Part shown: piece after piece, positions 1 through 9,710 of the stretch
Layout: each line of letters starts with the position of its first letter
How positions within the stretch are numbered: position 1 is the stretch's first letter
DNA from: a virus
Lineage: Duplodnaviria; Caudoviricetes
Reading direction: 5' to 3' (one strand)
Virus record (IMG/VR): IMGVR_UViG_3300010376_000069
Coordinates: 1 to 40,421 of that record
Length of the DNA stretch: 40,421 nt
Translations under genes and position numbers: made by a program
The notes under the pieces: model-generated
What the model saw: the letters and a program-made list of their open reading frames with translations, nothing else
What the model was told of the DNA's origin: nothing
Database searches by the model: none

Positions 1-28
1 CAACCAGAGAGCACAGCAGCGGTCATAA

Positions 29-1797
29 ATGTCCATCCAGTTCCAGTCCCCCAGCTATCGAGCGGCATCTTCGGATCTGACCATCCAGATCAGCCCGCTC
101 GGGCTGGTGGAGCTTGCCGACGAAGAGTTTGAGGTACACGGCCCCAGGCTCAACCGGTACGCGATGAACTGGGCCTTCTATTTGGGGTACCACTGGGCGC
201 AGCGCCCGGATCTGGGTGATCCCCAACTGACGTTCAACTACGTCCGCGCTCTGTCGGATTTCATCACCAACTTCGTTTTTGGTAAGGGTGTCGGCTTCCG
301 GTCACCCGACGCCACAGCCGCCATCGTGCCCACCCGGTTGCAGAGGATCTGGGAGAAGGACAACAAGAAGGACTCCCTGCTGTGGGAGATGGGGGCCATG
401 GGGAGCGTCACTGGCGATTGTTTCGTCAAGGTGGCGTACGAGGAGCCATGGGTTGACCCGTCCGGGATGCCGCACCCCGGACGGGTCCGGATCCTCCCCC
501 TCAACAGTGCGTTCTGCTTCCCGGAGTGGCACCCCCATGATCGCAAGCGATTGATTCGCTTCAAGCTGAAGTACCGATTTTGGGGCACCACGATGGAGGG
601 AACCCGCCAAGTTTTCACATACACCGAACTGCTCACAGAGGAGCGTGTCGAGGAGTATGTGAACGACGAGTTGATCGACGCCAGGGAGAACCCCCTGGGT
701 GAGATCCCCATCGTGCATATCTCCAACCTGCCGATCCCGTCGTCGCCCTGGGGCATGCCCGACGTACAAGACCTGACGGTGCTCAACCGGCAGTACAACG
801 AGACGGCTACAGACATCGCTGACATCGTCAACTACCACGCTGCGCCGGTCACAGTGGTGATCGGGGCGCGGGCCTCCAACCTGGAGCGAGGTACCCACCA
901 GACCTGGAGCATCCCTAACAAGGAAGCCAAGGTGGAGAACCTGCTCTTCGACCCTCGCGGCATCGAGCAAGCCATCAAGCTCCTCGATGTCCTGAAGCGT
1001 GCCATGCACGAAATGACGGGCGTACCGGTGACCGCCCTGGGCGAAGAGCAGGCCATCTCCAATACGTCGGGCGTAGCCCTGGCGATTCAGTACCAGCCGC
1101 TGATGAACCGCTTCCACCTGAAGGAGACCCAGTACGGGGAGGGCATCAGCGAGATCAATCGGCTGGCGCTCAAGACGCTGTTCATGAAGGAGCCGGAGAC
1201 CCTCACCTATAACGACACCTGGGATCCGCCCCTGCGGGAAGACCAGCTTCCGATGCTGGACCCGATGGACCCGGTGACCTACGAGAACGTCTGCAAGTTC
1301 CAGCCCCCGCTACCGGTCGACCAACTGGTGCTTCTTAACGAGCTACAAGTGAAGATGGCCCTGGGCCTGGAGTCCAAGCGCGGTGCCCTTCAGGAGTTGG
1401 GTGAGGAGTTCCCCGACGAGAAGCTCCAGGAGTTGTTCAAGGAGCTACTGGACGACACAGAGCAGCAAGCTGCCTCGATCTACTCCGCGCTCAGGTCGCC
1501 AGCTTTACCGCCAACCAGACCGGCATGGTCTCGCCGGAGGGACCGCAGCCGATTCCACCCCCACCACAGAACGGCAATGGCAACGGCAAGAACGGCAAGT
1601 CGAACGGTGGTGTCAAGTCGGCGGGTGGCTCGGGCGTGTCGAGCGCGCCAGGTGCGGTACCAAAGATCGGTGCTCTCCCCGGCATTGACTTGACCAACAG
1701 TCAGGATGTCAAGAAGATGTTCGACCGGGTGGTGGCCCTGGCCCATGGCACCGTCATACCGCAGCGACGTGTCCCAGAGGAAGACGAGCGTCCATGA
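29..1797 (+). CDS. Portal protein (about 589 aa after correcting a -1 frameshift near 1474)
   Basis: Portal-like motifs (GDCFVKV, ENPLGEIPIVHI, HEMTGVP, SGVALAIQYQPL). The ORF turns to out-of-frame-looking sequence after EQQAA; the -1 frame continues LDLLRAQVASF...IPQRRVPEEDERP to a stop at 1797 overlapping the next ATG. Confidence 0.9.
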
Positions 1798-2744
1798 CGT
1801 CGCCGGAGGTCGTCAACGACACCCAGTTCGGCCCCATGAAGCCGTACTACCCGCACCGGGGTAGCCCGGAGAAGCGCGCCCAGCCCACCCAGGGCAAGCT
1901 GTTCCAGGAAGGCCCGCCCCAAACCGCAGCCCGTTACCCCAGGGGCTATACGCCGGAGCGTATGGCTGAGGTGCGGAAGGCCACCAACCCGATCATTGAC
2001 CCTGGCGGTGCAGCGCTTCGTGGTCGGAGCGCCGTCAGCTTCAGCCTGACCGGCTCCCGCCTCGACAGTCCCTACAGCGTGCCCCATGGCAGGCGTCTGG
2101 CTCAGGAGGCCATAGCCCGGTCGGACGTGCCCATGGAGCACCTCAAGGGCCTCACGTCCATCAAACTCCAGTCAGGACTACGGGGCACCGGGTTCGGCCT
2201 TGAGGATCGCCTGGGTAGCTACACCCCGGCGACACAGAGGATCGACATCGAGCCGATGCGCGGAGACCTCAGTTCTAAGCGGGGCCTAATCACGAGCAAG
2301 GAGCAGCTACGCAAGAACCGGGGCATGACCCGCGCCCAGGCCCAACCGATGTACGACACGGCGCTCATCCATGAGATCGGCCACCATGCTGACTTCACTC
2401 GCCGGAGGATCGCTGGCTCGCAGGAACGGACCAGGCGGTTCTTCGCGTCTCCGACCGGGGTCGGGAAGGCAGAGGGTGCGGCTGACCGGTACATGCTGGA
2501 GCGCTTTCGCACTGACCCGCGCACCAAGGGCTTCTCGCCGGAGACCCAGACCTATGGGGCTATGGGCCTGCTCTACCGGGGCTACCCCAAAGACCTTGCC
2601 CAAAGGGGCAAGGCTGCGGCTCAGCAGGCATCGACCGCAGAGGAGCAGCGCACCCGAACCAATCTCAATCGCAAGGCAGCGGCGTCCGCGACCCGCAAGG
2701 CCCTGACCCGATACAGGCAGCAACAGAAGAGAAGGAGAACATGA
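1794..2744 (+). CDS. Basic zincin-like metallopeptidase-motif protein between portal and scaffold
   Basis: LGSYTP..RIDI strand, TALIHEIGHHADF (HExxH), downstream AEGAADRY; ATGA overlaps at both ends. Confidence 0.7.
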   Translation: MTSPEVVNDTQFGPMKPYYPHRGSPEKRAQPTQGKLFQEGPPQTAARYPRGYTPERMAEVRKATNPIIDPGGAALRGRSAVSFSLTGSRLDSPYSVPHGRRLAQEAIARSDVPMEHLKGLTSIKLQSGLRGTGFGLEDRLGSYTPATQRIDIEPMRGDLSSKRGLITSKEQLRKNRGMTRAQAQPMYDTALIHEIGHHADFTRRRIAGSQERTRRFFASPTGVGKAEGAADRYMLERFRTDPRTKGFSPETQTYGAMGLLYRGYPKDLAQRGKAAAQQASTAEEQRTRTNLNRKAAASATRKALTRYRQQQKRRRT

Positions 2745-3550
2745 CCGTCACCGACCCAGATCCCAACGCAGCACCTCCTGAAGGCGAACCAGCACCGCCT
2801 GACCCCAACAGCATCACCGTCCCGGTCACTGAGCCGCCCGCCCCACCCACCAGTGGCAATCGGAACCAGCGCTCAGGCGGGGAGCCGCCCCAGGTATTTA
2901 CCCAGGAGGACGTGGAGCGGATCCGCACCGAAGAGCGCAACCGTGTGACCGCAGAGCAGAACCGTGCGGACGAGCTAGAAAATCAACTGGCCCAGTTCCG
3001 CAAGGCCGAAGAGGACCGGCAGGCTGCTGAGGCCAAGACCCAGCGGGACGCAGCCAGGGCGGCGAAGAAAAAAGAAGAAGAGGACATGGAGCTTCGTGCC
3101 CTCATGGAGCGCCGCGACCAGGAATGGGAGCAGCGGATCGCGGAGGAGCGCCAGGAGAGGGAAAAAGCCTTTGCCATGCTGGAACAAGAGCGCAGGCACG
3201 CCTCTCTTCAGACGTACCTGGCGCAGCGGATGGCGGAAGCTGGCGAAAATATCGTCCCTGTTCTGCGAGATCTTGTGTCTGGAAACTCAGAGCAGGAGAT
3301 TGATGCTTCCATCGCTCTGCTCGTAGAAAAATCCGAACACATGAGGAATGACAGCGTTCAGGCCATGCGGAATATCCAGGCTGGACGGCCCATGGTCGGG
3401 GTCACCGCGCCTCCAGTCGGTCCCATGGAAACCAGTAGTACAACGCGCACGTATACAGCAGATGAACTCAAGGCACTAACCCCCGAAGAGTACGCTGCTG
3501 AACGAGACAACTTGCTGCGTGCTGCGTCACAAAGCCGCAGAGGTCAGTAG
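2741..3550 (+). CDS. Capsid scaffolding protein
   Basis: Pro-rich N-terminus, FTQEDVERIR, long E/R/Q coiled coil, C-terminal TADELKALTPEEYAAER; directly upstream of capsid gene; SD AAGGAG. Confidence 0.85.
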   Translation: MTVTDPDPNAAPPEGEPAPPDPNSITVPVTEPPAPPTSGNRNQRSGGEPPQVFTQEDVERIRTEERNRVTAEQNRADELENQLAQFRKAEEDRQAAEAKTQRDAARAAKKKEEEDMELRALMERRDQEWEQRIAEERQEREKAFAMLEQERRHASLQTYLAQRMAEAGENIVPVLRDLVSGNSEQEIDASIALLVEKSEHMRNDSVQAMRNIQAGRPMVGVTAPPVGPMETSSTTRTYTADELKALTPEEYAAERDNLLRAASQSRRGQ

Positions 3551-3580
3551 AGGTAGTACCCGAAAATAGGAGGTTGGCTA

Positions 3581-4573
3581 GTGCCATCCAGCATCACAGG
3601 AACCCCGCTGCTGAGCGCATCGCCCACCGGCTATCCGGGCACGAACTCACAGCTTTCCCCGGCCATCCAGGTCATCTGGTCGAAAGAGATCCTCTTCCAG
3701 AGCATGCCTGTACTGCGTTTCGAGCAGTTTGCTGTCAAGAAGACGGAACTCGGTGTACAACCTGGCCTTCAAGTGAACTTCATGCGTTATAACAACCTGG
3801 GCGACGCCACCCAGCTTGTTGAAGGTGTTCGCATGCAGACCGCTGCGCTGACGGCGTCCCAGTACGCCATCACGGTGGCTGAGCAGGGCTACGCCGTGGC
3901 CGTGTCAGAACTGCTGCTCAACTCCTCCTTCGATGACGTCATGGCGTCGTCCAGCCGTCTCCTGGGCCGCAACATGGCGAAGTACCTGGACGGGTCAGCG
4001 CGCAACACGGTCATGCAGGCGTCCTCGCTCCTGTTCGGCTACCAGTTGCCCTCGCCCACGGCCACCAGGACGCCTCTGTCGCCGTATGACGCCGGTACTC
4101 CGGGTACCAACGACGCCAGCCTCACCGGCCAGTTCTACATGAGCGTCAACGTGACCAAGGACGCCGTGGAGACCCTGGCGACCAAGAACGTGCCGCGCAT
4201 CGGTGAGACCTACGTGGCCTTCATCGATCCCCACCAGTCACGGCGTCTGCGTGACAACCCTGAGTTCATCGAGGTCACGAAGTACGCCGCAGCGGGCAAC
4301 TTCATGATCGGTGAGATCGGGCGGCTCAACGACGTGGTCTACATCGAGACCACGCAGATCGTGCAGACCCAGCCGGGTGGCGCTGGCACGCCGGTCATCC
4401 ACTGCGCCATCTACCTGGGCGACAACGCCTTCGGTCATGCCATCGCCCTGCCGGTCGAGCTTCGGGACGGTGGCGTCCTGGACTTCGGACGCGAGCACGC
4501 GTTGTGCTGGTACGCGATCTGGGGATTCGGTCTCATAACGGACCAAGCGGTCGTTCTCGCCCATACCAACTGA
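3581..4573 (+). CDS. Major capsid protein (N4 gp56-like family)
   Basis: 330 aa; WSKEILFQSMPVLRFEQFA, EQGYAVAVSELL, FIDPHQSRRL, GEIGRLNDVVYIET, DFGREHALCWY; SD AGGAGG; strong codon bias. Confidence 0.93.
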   Translation: MPSSITGTPLLSASPTGYPGTNSQLSPAIQVIWSKEILFQSMPVLRFEQFAVKKTELGVQPGLQVNFMRYNNLGDATQLVEGVRMQTAALTASQYAITVAEQGYAVAVSELLLNSSFDDVMASSSRLLGRNMAKYLDGSARNTVMQASSLLFGYQLPSPTATRTPLSPYDAGTPGTNDASLTGQFYMSVNVTKDAVETLATKNVPRIGETYVAFIDPHQSRRLRDNPEFIEVTKYAAAGNFMIGEIGRLNDVVYIETTQIVQTQPGGAGTPVIHCAIYLGDNAFGHAIALPVELRDGGVLDFGREHALCWYAIWGFGLITDQAVVLAHTN

Positions 4574-4582
4574 AAGAGGACA

Positions 4583-5110
4583 ATGCCCGCACGTCAACGC
4601 GGTGACTTCACCGGGTCCGAACGTCAGCGACTGGCTGAGGAGAAGGCCAAAGAGTTAGCCGACCGCCAGAAGGAAATCGGTCTGGTCAACCAGATCGACA
4701 TTGTCGAGGAACAGGAAGGCATCTGGGATCCGGAGACAGGTCAAATGGTCGACCTGCCACCAGATGCCCAGGAGCGCATTGAGGCACTCAGTGAGCCGGT
4801 CACGGTGGACGAGGATCCCATCCTCGATCCCACCGTGATCATGCCTGGATATGACCCAATGAAGGATCTCCAGGAGATGCAGACCCAGCAGCAAGAGAGG
4901 CCCGCCCCTTCCAACAGCATGGAGGTGCAAGACCTGGGTCCGGAGCCGATGACTGTCGAGTCTGAGTGGCGGGTTATCCGGGTCAACACCGACATCGAAG
5001 ACATGACTTTCGGTATCGGTAACCAACTGACCTTCCTGCGTGGTCGCCGCTATCGGGTGCCCAGGGATCTCTACAACTGGCTGGAGTCGAGGGGCGTTGT
5101 CTACCACTGA
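4583..5110 (+). CDS. Putative head-associated protein
   Basis: SD GAGGA; follows capsid gene; C-terminal IRVNTDIEDMTFG...YRVPRDLYNWLESRG small domain. Confidence 0.7.
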   Translation: MPARQRGDFTGSERQRLAEEKAKELADRQKEIGLVNQIDIVEEQEGIWDPETGQMVDLPPDAQERIEALSEPVTVDEDPILDPTVIMPGYDPMKDLQEMQTQQQERPAPSNSMEVQDLGPEPMTVESEWRVIRVNTDIEDMTFGIGNQLTFLRGRRYRVPRDLYNWLESRGVVYH

Positions 5111-5435
5111 GGAGCCGGTCTACGTCGTCCGCAAGTGCGACAAGTGCGGTGCAGAGGACTCTGAGCCGCACCATGTCCAGTACGTCGCCCTGAGCCACCC
5201 GGTGACGGGTCAGGGTACGGACTTGTCCGTTAGCAAGCACGTCCAGTGCTGTGCCGAAGACGGCTGTGAGATCTGCTCCGCTGACGTCGAGCGCGCCGCC
5301 CAGGAAGGGGCTGATCCTTCCCGGTTACGGGAGTTCCTCCAGAACCGCCCTGCCGACCACCAGGACTTGCTCCAGGAGAAGTTCGGAGTGGCAACCGCCC
5401 AGGAGGAGAGTGATGGCGAACCTCGTTCAGACTGA
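5097..5435 (+). CDS. Small Cys/His-rich hypothetical protein (possible Zn binding)
   Basis: CDKC..HH..H..CC..C..C; TTG start at 5097 chosen by overlap and purine-rich upstream sequence. Confidence 0.6.
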   Translation: MSTTEEPVYVVRKCDKCGAEDSEPHHVQYVALSHPVTGQGTDLSVSKHVQCCAEDGCEICSADVERAAQEGADPSRLREFLQNRPADHQDLLQEKFGVATAQEESDGEPRSD

Positions 5436-5823
5436 GGCCAACAACATCCTGGCGGCTAGTTCTGGTCAGGCTGCGTATGTCCCTGTAGTGCCACCGGTCC
5501 TGGTGGCGTTGGTGACCGCACTGGGCACGGCCTTGGCCCCCGGTACGGAGGTAGCGAATGCAGGCGGTAGTACCTACGCCCGCCAGCAGATCACCTTCGC
5601 CGCTCCAGCCGGTGGGTCGATCTCTTCCAGCAACGCTCTGACGTATGCCAACATGCCAGCCTGCACGGTGGTGGGTGTGGACGAGTACGACTCCACGCCT
5701 GGTACGTCCAATCCGCCTGGGCCGCTACGGCGTTGGTTCGGGGCGCTATCGACCACGAAGTCAATGAACGCAGGAGACACCTTCTCGATCAGTATCGGGA
5801 GCTATAGCAAAGCGCTGAGCTAG
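5413..5823 (+). CDS. Small beta-rich virion structural protein
   Basis: ATG 5413 after AGGAGGAG; TEVANAGGSTYARQQITF...WFGAL...KSMNAGDTF pattern typical of small phage structural proteins. Confidence 0.7.
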   Translation: MANLVQTEANNILAASSGQAAYVPVVPPVLVALVTALGTALAPGTEVANAGGSTYARQQITFAAPAGGSISSSNALTYANMPACTVVGVDEYDSTPGTSNPPGPLRRWFGALSTTKSMNAGDTFSISIGSYSKALS

Positions 5824-6014
5824 TGGCTGCTGTCAGTGGGGACGTGACCATGACAGCGGAGTCGTCCATGGTCATCGCTGGCATGGTGCGCCCTACCGCT
5901 CCTCCACTGGTTGACCAGATCGCGGCCCTGGCCGGTCAGGATCCGGCCCTGATGGGAGCGTCCGGTTACGGCGACGACGTCTTCACCACACGTCTGTGGG
6001 GGGACACCAGTTAG
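5823..6014 (+). CDS. Hypothetical protein (63 aa)
   Basis: Start overlaps the previous stop; stop overlaps the convergent stop of 6011..6664. Confidence 0.55.
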   Translation: MAAVSGDVTMTAESSMVIAGMVRPTAPPLVDQIAALAGQDPALMGASGYGDDVFTTRLWGDTS

Positions 6015-6664
6015 CTTTGTACGCAGGCCCAGAGGTTGAAGGTCTGGTTCTTGCTCTTGATCGAGACGGCCTCAGCGCTGTAGCCACTCGGACAAGTCAT
6101 TCCGGCTGGCCCTTGCGGTCCTGGCGGTCCCTGCTGTCCTTGAGGGCCTCGTATTCCTCGCGCTCCCGTCGAGCCTGTTGCGCCTTGCTCTCCCTGCGGG
6201 CCTGTAGCACCGACAGGCCCAGGAGGGCCAACAGGACCGGTGGCTCCAGTCGCGCCAGTTGCACCCTGTTCACCCTTCGCTCCTGTTGCACCTACTCCTC
6301 CAGTCGCTCCTGTGCCACCAGTTGCGCCAGTTGCGCCAGTTGCTCCCGCAGCCCCTGTAGCGCCGCTATTTGATGATCCAGACCCAGCACTATTCGACCC
6401 AGCAGGGCCAGTACTTCCTGTAGCTCCGGTTGCACCTGTGTCCCCCTTCGGTCCCTCTGGGCCTTGTGCTCCTGTGGCCCCCGGTTTTCCCTGAGGCCCA
6501 GGTGGGCCGGTTTTGCCTGGTGGGCCTGTGATCACGCTGGCTGGTGCAGTGGCTTGGTCATAGCCCAGGAGGACGCCGCAGGTAAGTAGGAACAGGCCAG
6601 CGATGATGAACGCGGCCCAGGCACTATGGAAGATCTTCTCCGCTACGTCCGTGATCCTGCCCAT
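6011..6664 (-). CDS. Membrane-anchored collagen-like protein in lysis cassette
   Basis: N-terminal TM helix (AWAAFIIAGLFLLTCGVLLG), long Gly-X-Y tract, C-terminal CPSGY...WAC. Confidence 0.8.
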   Translation of the reverse strand: MGRITDVAEKIFHSAWAAFIIAGLFLLTCGVLLGYDQATAPASVITGPPGKTGPPGPQGKPGATGAQGPEGPKGDTGATGATGSTGPAGSNSAGSGSSNSGATGAAGATGATGATGGTGATGGVGATGAKGEQGATGATGATGPVGPPGPVGATGPQGEQGATGSTGARGIRGPQGQQGPPGPQGPAGMTCPSGYSAEAVSIKSKNQTFNLWACVQS

Positions 6665-6899
6665 TGGGTGGGTCGATGCCGTGCTGCGCCAGCAACACGT
6701 TCAGTTGGTGGTTCCGCCGCTCGGCCTCGATGCGCTCCCTTCTCTCGTCGTCCAGCATCCCAGTGACATCTTTGAGTTCCGCCTCCGCAGCCTTGCGCTC
6801 TTTGCTTCGTAGCGCCCTGATGGCAAGTAGGACGCCGCCGACTGCGCTGATAGCTCCTACGACTCCGGTGATGGTTGCAAGGATGTCAATGAGATCCAC
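6624..6899 (-). CDS. Holin-like single-TM protein with coiled coil
   Basis: Hydrophobic N-terminus followed by charged coiled coil; directly downstream of endolysin. Confidence 0.6.
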   Translation of the reverse strand: MDLIDILATITGVVGAISAVGGVLLAIRALRSKERKAAEAELKDVTGMLDDERRERIEAERRNHQLNVLLAQHGIDPPNGQDHGRSGEDLP

Positions 6900-6903
6900 A
6901 TCG

Positions 6904-7740
6904 TCAGGTCACGGGCGATTCCCAGGTGGCCCGCCAGGTGTTTGGCCCGACTAGGCCGTCTACTCCCAAGCCCTTCTCAGCTTGGAACTGGCGACAGATA
7001 CCGTAACTCTGATCCCCATACTGACCGTCGACTCCGATTGACCATCCCCTGTTCCGCATCTGTTGCTGCCAGGTGCGTACGTTCGTTGTATCCACGCCAC
7101 CGTAGAAGCCGGAATGACAATGTGGATCGGGGTCCGGTCGACCCAGGTAGTGGTCGGAGGGGTAGGGGAACGGGGGGGCCTTCCCGGCTGGCTGGGAAGG
7201 GGGAGTTGGTTGGCTCGGAGGTGTGCCTGGCTGTCCTCCTGCCATTGCGATGACCTCGTCCATGGGGAACGCGGGGCCGCAGTCGACGTGACCCCCTCCC
7301 CAGGAACCAAGGTCGATGTGCTGGCAGACACCGCGTCCGTTGGACTGGGCCTGCTGGGCGTTGAGTCGGACGATGGGGATTCCGAAGGCGGCAGCCTCCT
7401 CTGCGATCCAGGCGGCGCAGTTGGAGAGCATGTTGGGGTGCCTGTGCCATTCGGCGTTGTCCCAAGCGGCAAAGGCACAGAGTTCCGCCGCCACGGCCAC
7501 CGGATTGGCGTTGGCCTGTGTCCATGCCTTGTTGCCCCGTGAGACGTACTCGCCCACCGTGTTAGCTGTGTCGTCAATACCGACATGGGAGCTAACCCCA
7601 CTCGATGGATTCGAGAAATATGAACCCAAGCTGGTGTAAGTCCGCGCTCCTTCGGCGGTGTGCAGCACTATGAGCCTGACTCCTGCCCCTCCCCTCGATG
7701 AGTAGTTGGGGCTGGGGATCCAGACTCGATGCAGGGCCAC
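6904..7740 (-). CDS. Endolysin: N-acetylmuramoyl-L-alanine amidase (Amidase_2-like) plus peptidoglycan-binding domain
   Basis: SPNYSSR, LIVLHTAEG, SSHVGID, AWTQ, ELC, HIDL..HVDCG; C-terminal VRTWQ..VDGQYG..FQAEKGLGVDGLVGPNTW. Confidence 0.92.
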   Translation of the reverse strand: MALHRVWIPSPNYSSRGGAGVRLIVLHTAEGARTYTSLGSYFSNPSSGVSSHVGIDDTANTVGEYVSRGNKAWTQANANPVAVAAELCAFAAWDNAEWHRHPNMLSNCAAWIAEEAAAFGIPIVRLNAQQAQSNGRGVCQHIDLGSWGGGHVDCGPAFPMDEVIAMAGGQPGTPPSQPTPPSQPAGKAPPFPYPSDHYLGRPDPDPHCHSGFYGGVDTTNVRTWQQQMRNRGWSIGVDGQYGDQSYGICRQFQAEKGLGVDGLVGPNTWRATWESPVT

Positions 7741-7943
7741 TATTCCTCGTCGTCAGGCGTGCTGTCCCCATGCGCCTGCTCCGATTCCGGCTCGGGGGCT
7801 GGTGTGACCTCAGTGCGCTCGCCGTGTTCGACGTGAGTGCCCTCTTCGGTGGTCAGTTCGGTGGACGTCTCGTGCTCGATACCCGGAGGTTCGATTGGCT
7901 CGCCAGTGGTGGGGTTGACACCAGGGTCATCGGTGGTGGACAT
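7740..7943 (-). CDS. Small acidic hypothetical protein
   Basis: SD AAGGAG; stop overlaps endolysin start. Confidence 0.6.
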   Translation of the reverse strand: MSTTDDPGVNPTTGEPIEPPGIEHETSTELTTEEGTHVEHGERTEVTPAPEPESEQAHGDSTPDDEE

Positions 7944-7956
7944 GGGATTGCTCCTT

Positions 7957-8736
7957 CTATTGGGTCATCCAACTGACGGTGTCTAGGAAAAGCTGCCCGG
8001 TGGTGTTGAGGGCAGGGAACCGCAAGTAAATCTTGCCATCCGCGTCTATGTCGACCCGGTACACCCGCGCTGGGGTGACGTCCTCGACAACGAATACGGT
8101 CGCGGTCTGGGTGGGTGTAGTGCCCAGGGGACATGTGGCGATCACCGACATGTCAGGGGGATTGCCGTTCGGGAAGTAAATCTCGCCCCGGAGTTGGACA
8201 CGTCCCCATGGGTCGACCAGATAGTCAAGGTTGGAGCTATGCACTGGTGCCCAGGGAGAGACCAGAGTCAGCAACGGCTGCCACAGCGGAGGCACCGGGG
8301 TAGTACCGGCAGGGCCGGTCGCTCCCACCGGTCCCTGCGCCCCAGTAGGCCCTACTGCACCCTGACCTCCCTGGGGTCCGGTCGGTCCTGTTGGCCCCGC
8401 AGGGCCTTGAGGACCGGCTGACATATTGAGGACTTGCCAGGCTGTTCCGTTCCACCAGTAGACGACGTAGGTCGTGGTGCCGATGAGCCAGACCATGCCC
8501 TGCTGCTCGGCTGTAGGGGCCGCAGGCAGGTAGCTGGTGTCAGGCCCGGTACCGCCGATGGTGAAGCCGCCTGGAGGCCCCAGGGGACCAGCGGGACCAG
8601 TCGGTCCTGGCGGTCCAGGTGGTCCCTGTATGCCCCCTGCGCCTTGAGGCCCTGGCGCACCTGGGGGACCAGGGAGACCCGGTGTCAGGATCTCAACGAT
8701 GTCTGGGGTCAGGGCATCGATGGTGACGTCACTCAT
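7957..8736 (-). CDS. Collagen-repeat fibre/decoration protein with C-terminal beta domain
   Basis: Two Gly-X-Y tracts split by a YWWNGTAW module; C-terminal GRVQLRG...[12 protein letters not shown]...LFLDTVSW. Confidence 0.8.
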   Translation of the reverse strand: MSDVTIDALTPDIVEILTPGLPGPPGAPGPQGAGGIQGPPGPPGPTGPAGPLGPPGGFTIGGTGPDTSYLPAAPTAEQQGMVWLIGTTTYVVYWWNGTAWQVLNMSAGPQGPAGPTGPTGPQGGQGAVGPTGAQGPVGATGPAGTTPVPPLWQPLLTLVSPWAPVHSSNLDYLVDPWGRVQLRGEIYFPNGNPPDMSVIATCPLGTTPTQTATVFVVEDVTPARVYRVDIDADGKIYLRFPALNTTGQLFLDTVSWMTQ

Positions 8737-9202
8737 AGCTGCCTCGCTGTCCGATGGTCAGGGCCAGGTTGACCGATGGGGCCAGGGGCCGGGAGATGTT
8801 CGGGTCCACGTTGAAGAAGCCGCGCAAGGCCCGCACATTGACCCCGCCACTGAAGACCTGGCGAGCGGCCTGGGCGTACTGCACGAACAGGTCGTAGGTG
8901 TAGGCCCGCCCGATGCCCCAGAATCCGACCGCCTGGACCGCCCCTGGATAGTTGCCCTGGGAGAAGTACTGGAGGCTGTCAGCGCTGCTGATCTTCAGAT
9001 GGATGGTGGCACCGTCAGCATCGATCAGGCACCGCCCGCTATCGGCGTCGAGGCGCATCACCAGGACGAAGTTGGTGTTGCGGATCTCCATGACGGCGTC
9101 ATCGAGCGCCACCAGGAGACCGGTCTGGGAGTCACGCAGGCGAACGTCCTTCTGCCAGTCGCCCCCAGAGTCGAGGAAGAAGTCGTACTGTCCTAGAGGC
9201 AT
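8729..9202 (-). CDS. Ig-like structural/adaptor protein (BppU-N/LtfC-like, tentative)
   Basis: ATG 9202 next to the upstream stop; GGDW..VRLRD..G..VAL..AVMEIR...YTYDL...LRGFF. Confidence 0.6.
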   Translation of the reverse strand: MPLGQYDFFLDSGGDWQKDVRLRDSQTGLLVALDDAVMEIRNTNFVLVMRLDADSGRCLIDADGATIHLKISSADSLQYFSQGNYPGAVQAVGFWGIGRAYTYDLFVQYAQAARQVFSGGVNVRALRGFFNVDPNISRPLAPSVNLALTIGQRGSYE

Positions 9203-9203
9203 C

Positions 9204-9710
9204 TCACCACACCAGTGTCTGCACGAAGAAGTCTTGTTGCTGCATGTCGTTGACGACCTCCTCAGCTTTGACCTGTTCACCTAGTGCAGAGACAGTGAGA
9301 TAAGTGCCGTGAACAAAGCCCTGCTTCTCGTACTTCGTCACGCGGTACACCACGTTGTCGTAGGAAAAGCGGTCCCGGAAATGGTTGGCCGTGAAGAGCG
9401 GATTTATCCGGAAGCGATCCATGGCAGCGGTCACCTGGAAGCAGACGCTGGCCGTTGACAGGACGTAGAAGCCCTCGTCGGTGTCGATGGGGTCGTCCTG
9501 GCGGAAGTCGAGGAACATCACGGGCAGGACAACAGGGGGGTACCAGGCCCGACTCGGACCTTCGTCATAGACGTTGTGCTTGGAGGATCCCATGGCGTCG
9601 TATTCGGCCCACAGGACCGACTCGCCCCAGTACCGCTGGTAGTTCTGCATGACCTCGTTCATGCGGAGCATCTGATCCTTCTGGTACCAGGCGGGGGTGT
9701 AGAGGGGCAT
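9204..9710 (-). CDS. Putative head closure/stopper protein
   Basis: 168 aa; GESVLW..D, VYDEG, DRFSYDNVVYRV beta-barrel pattern; near the adaptor gene. Confidence 0.6.
   Translation of the reverse strand: MPLYTPAWYQKDQMLRMNEVMQNYQRYWGESVLWAEYDAMGSSKHNVYDEGPSRAWYPPVVLPVMFLDFRQDDPIDTDEGFYVLSTASVCFQVTAAMDRFRINPLFTANHFRDRFSYDNVVYRVTKYEKQGFVHGTYLTVSALGEQVKAEEVVNDMQQQDFFVQTLVW

Noticed and set aside
1475-1693. Arg/Ser-rich C-terminus of the 554-aa portal ORF
   Set aside because: Out-of-frame composition; explained by the frameshift near 1474.
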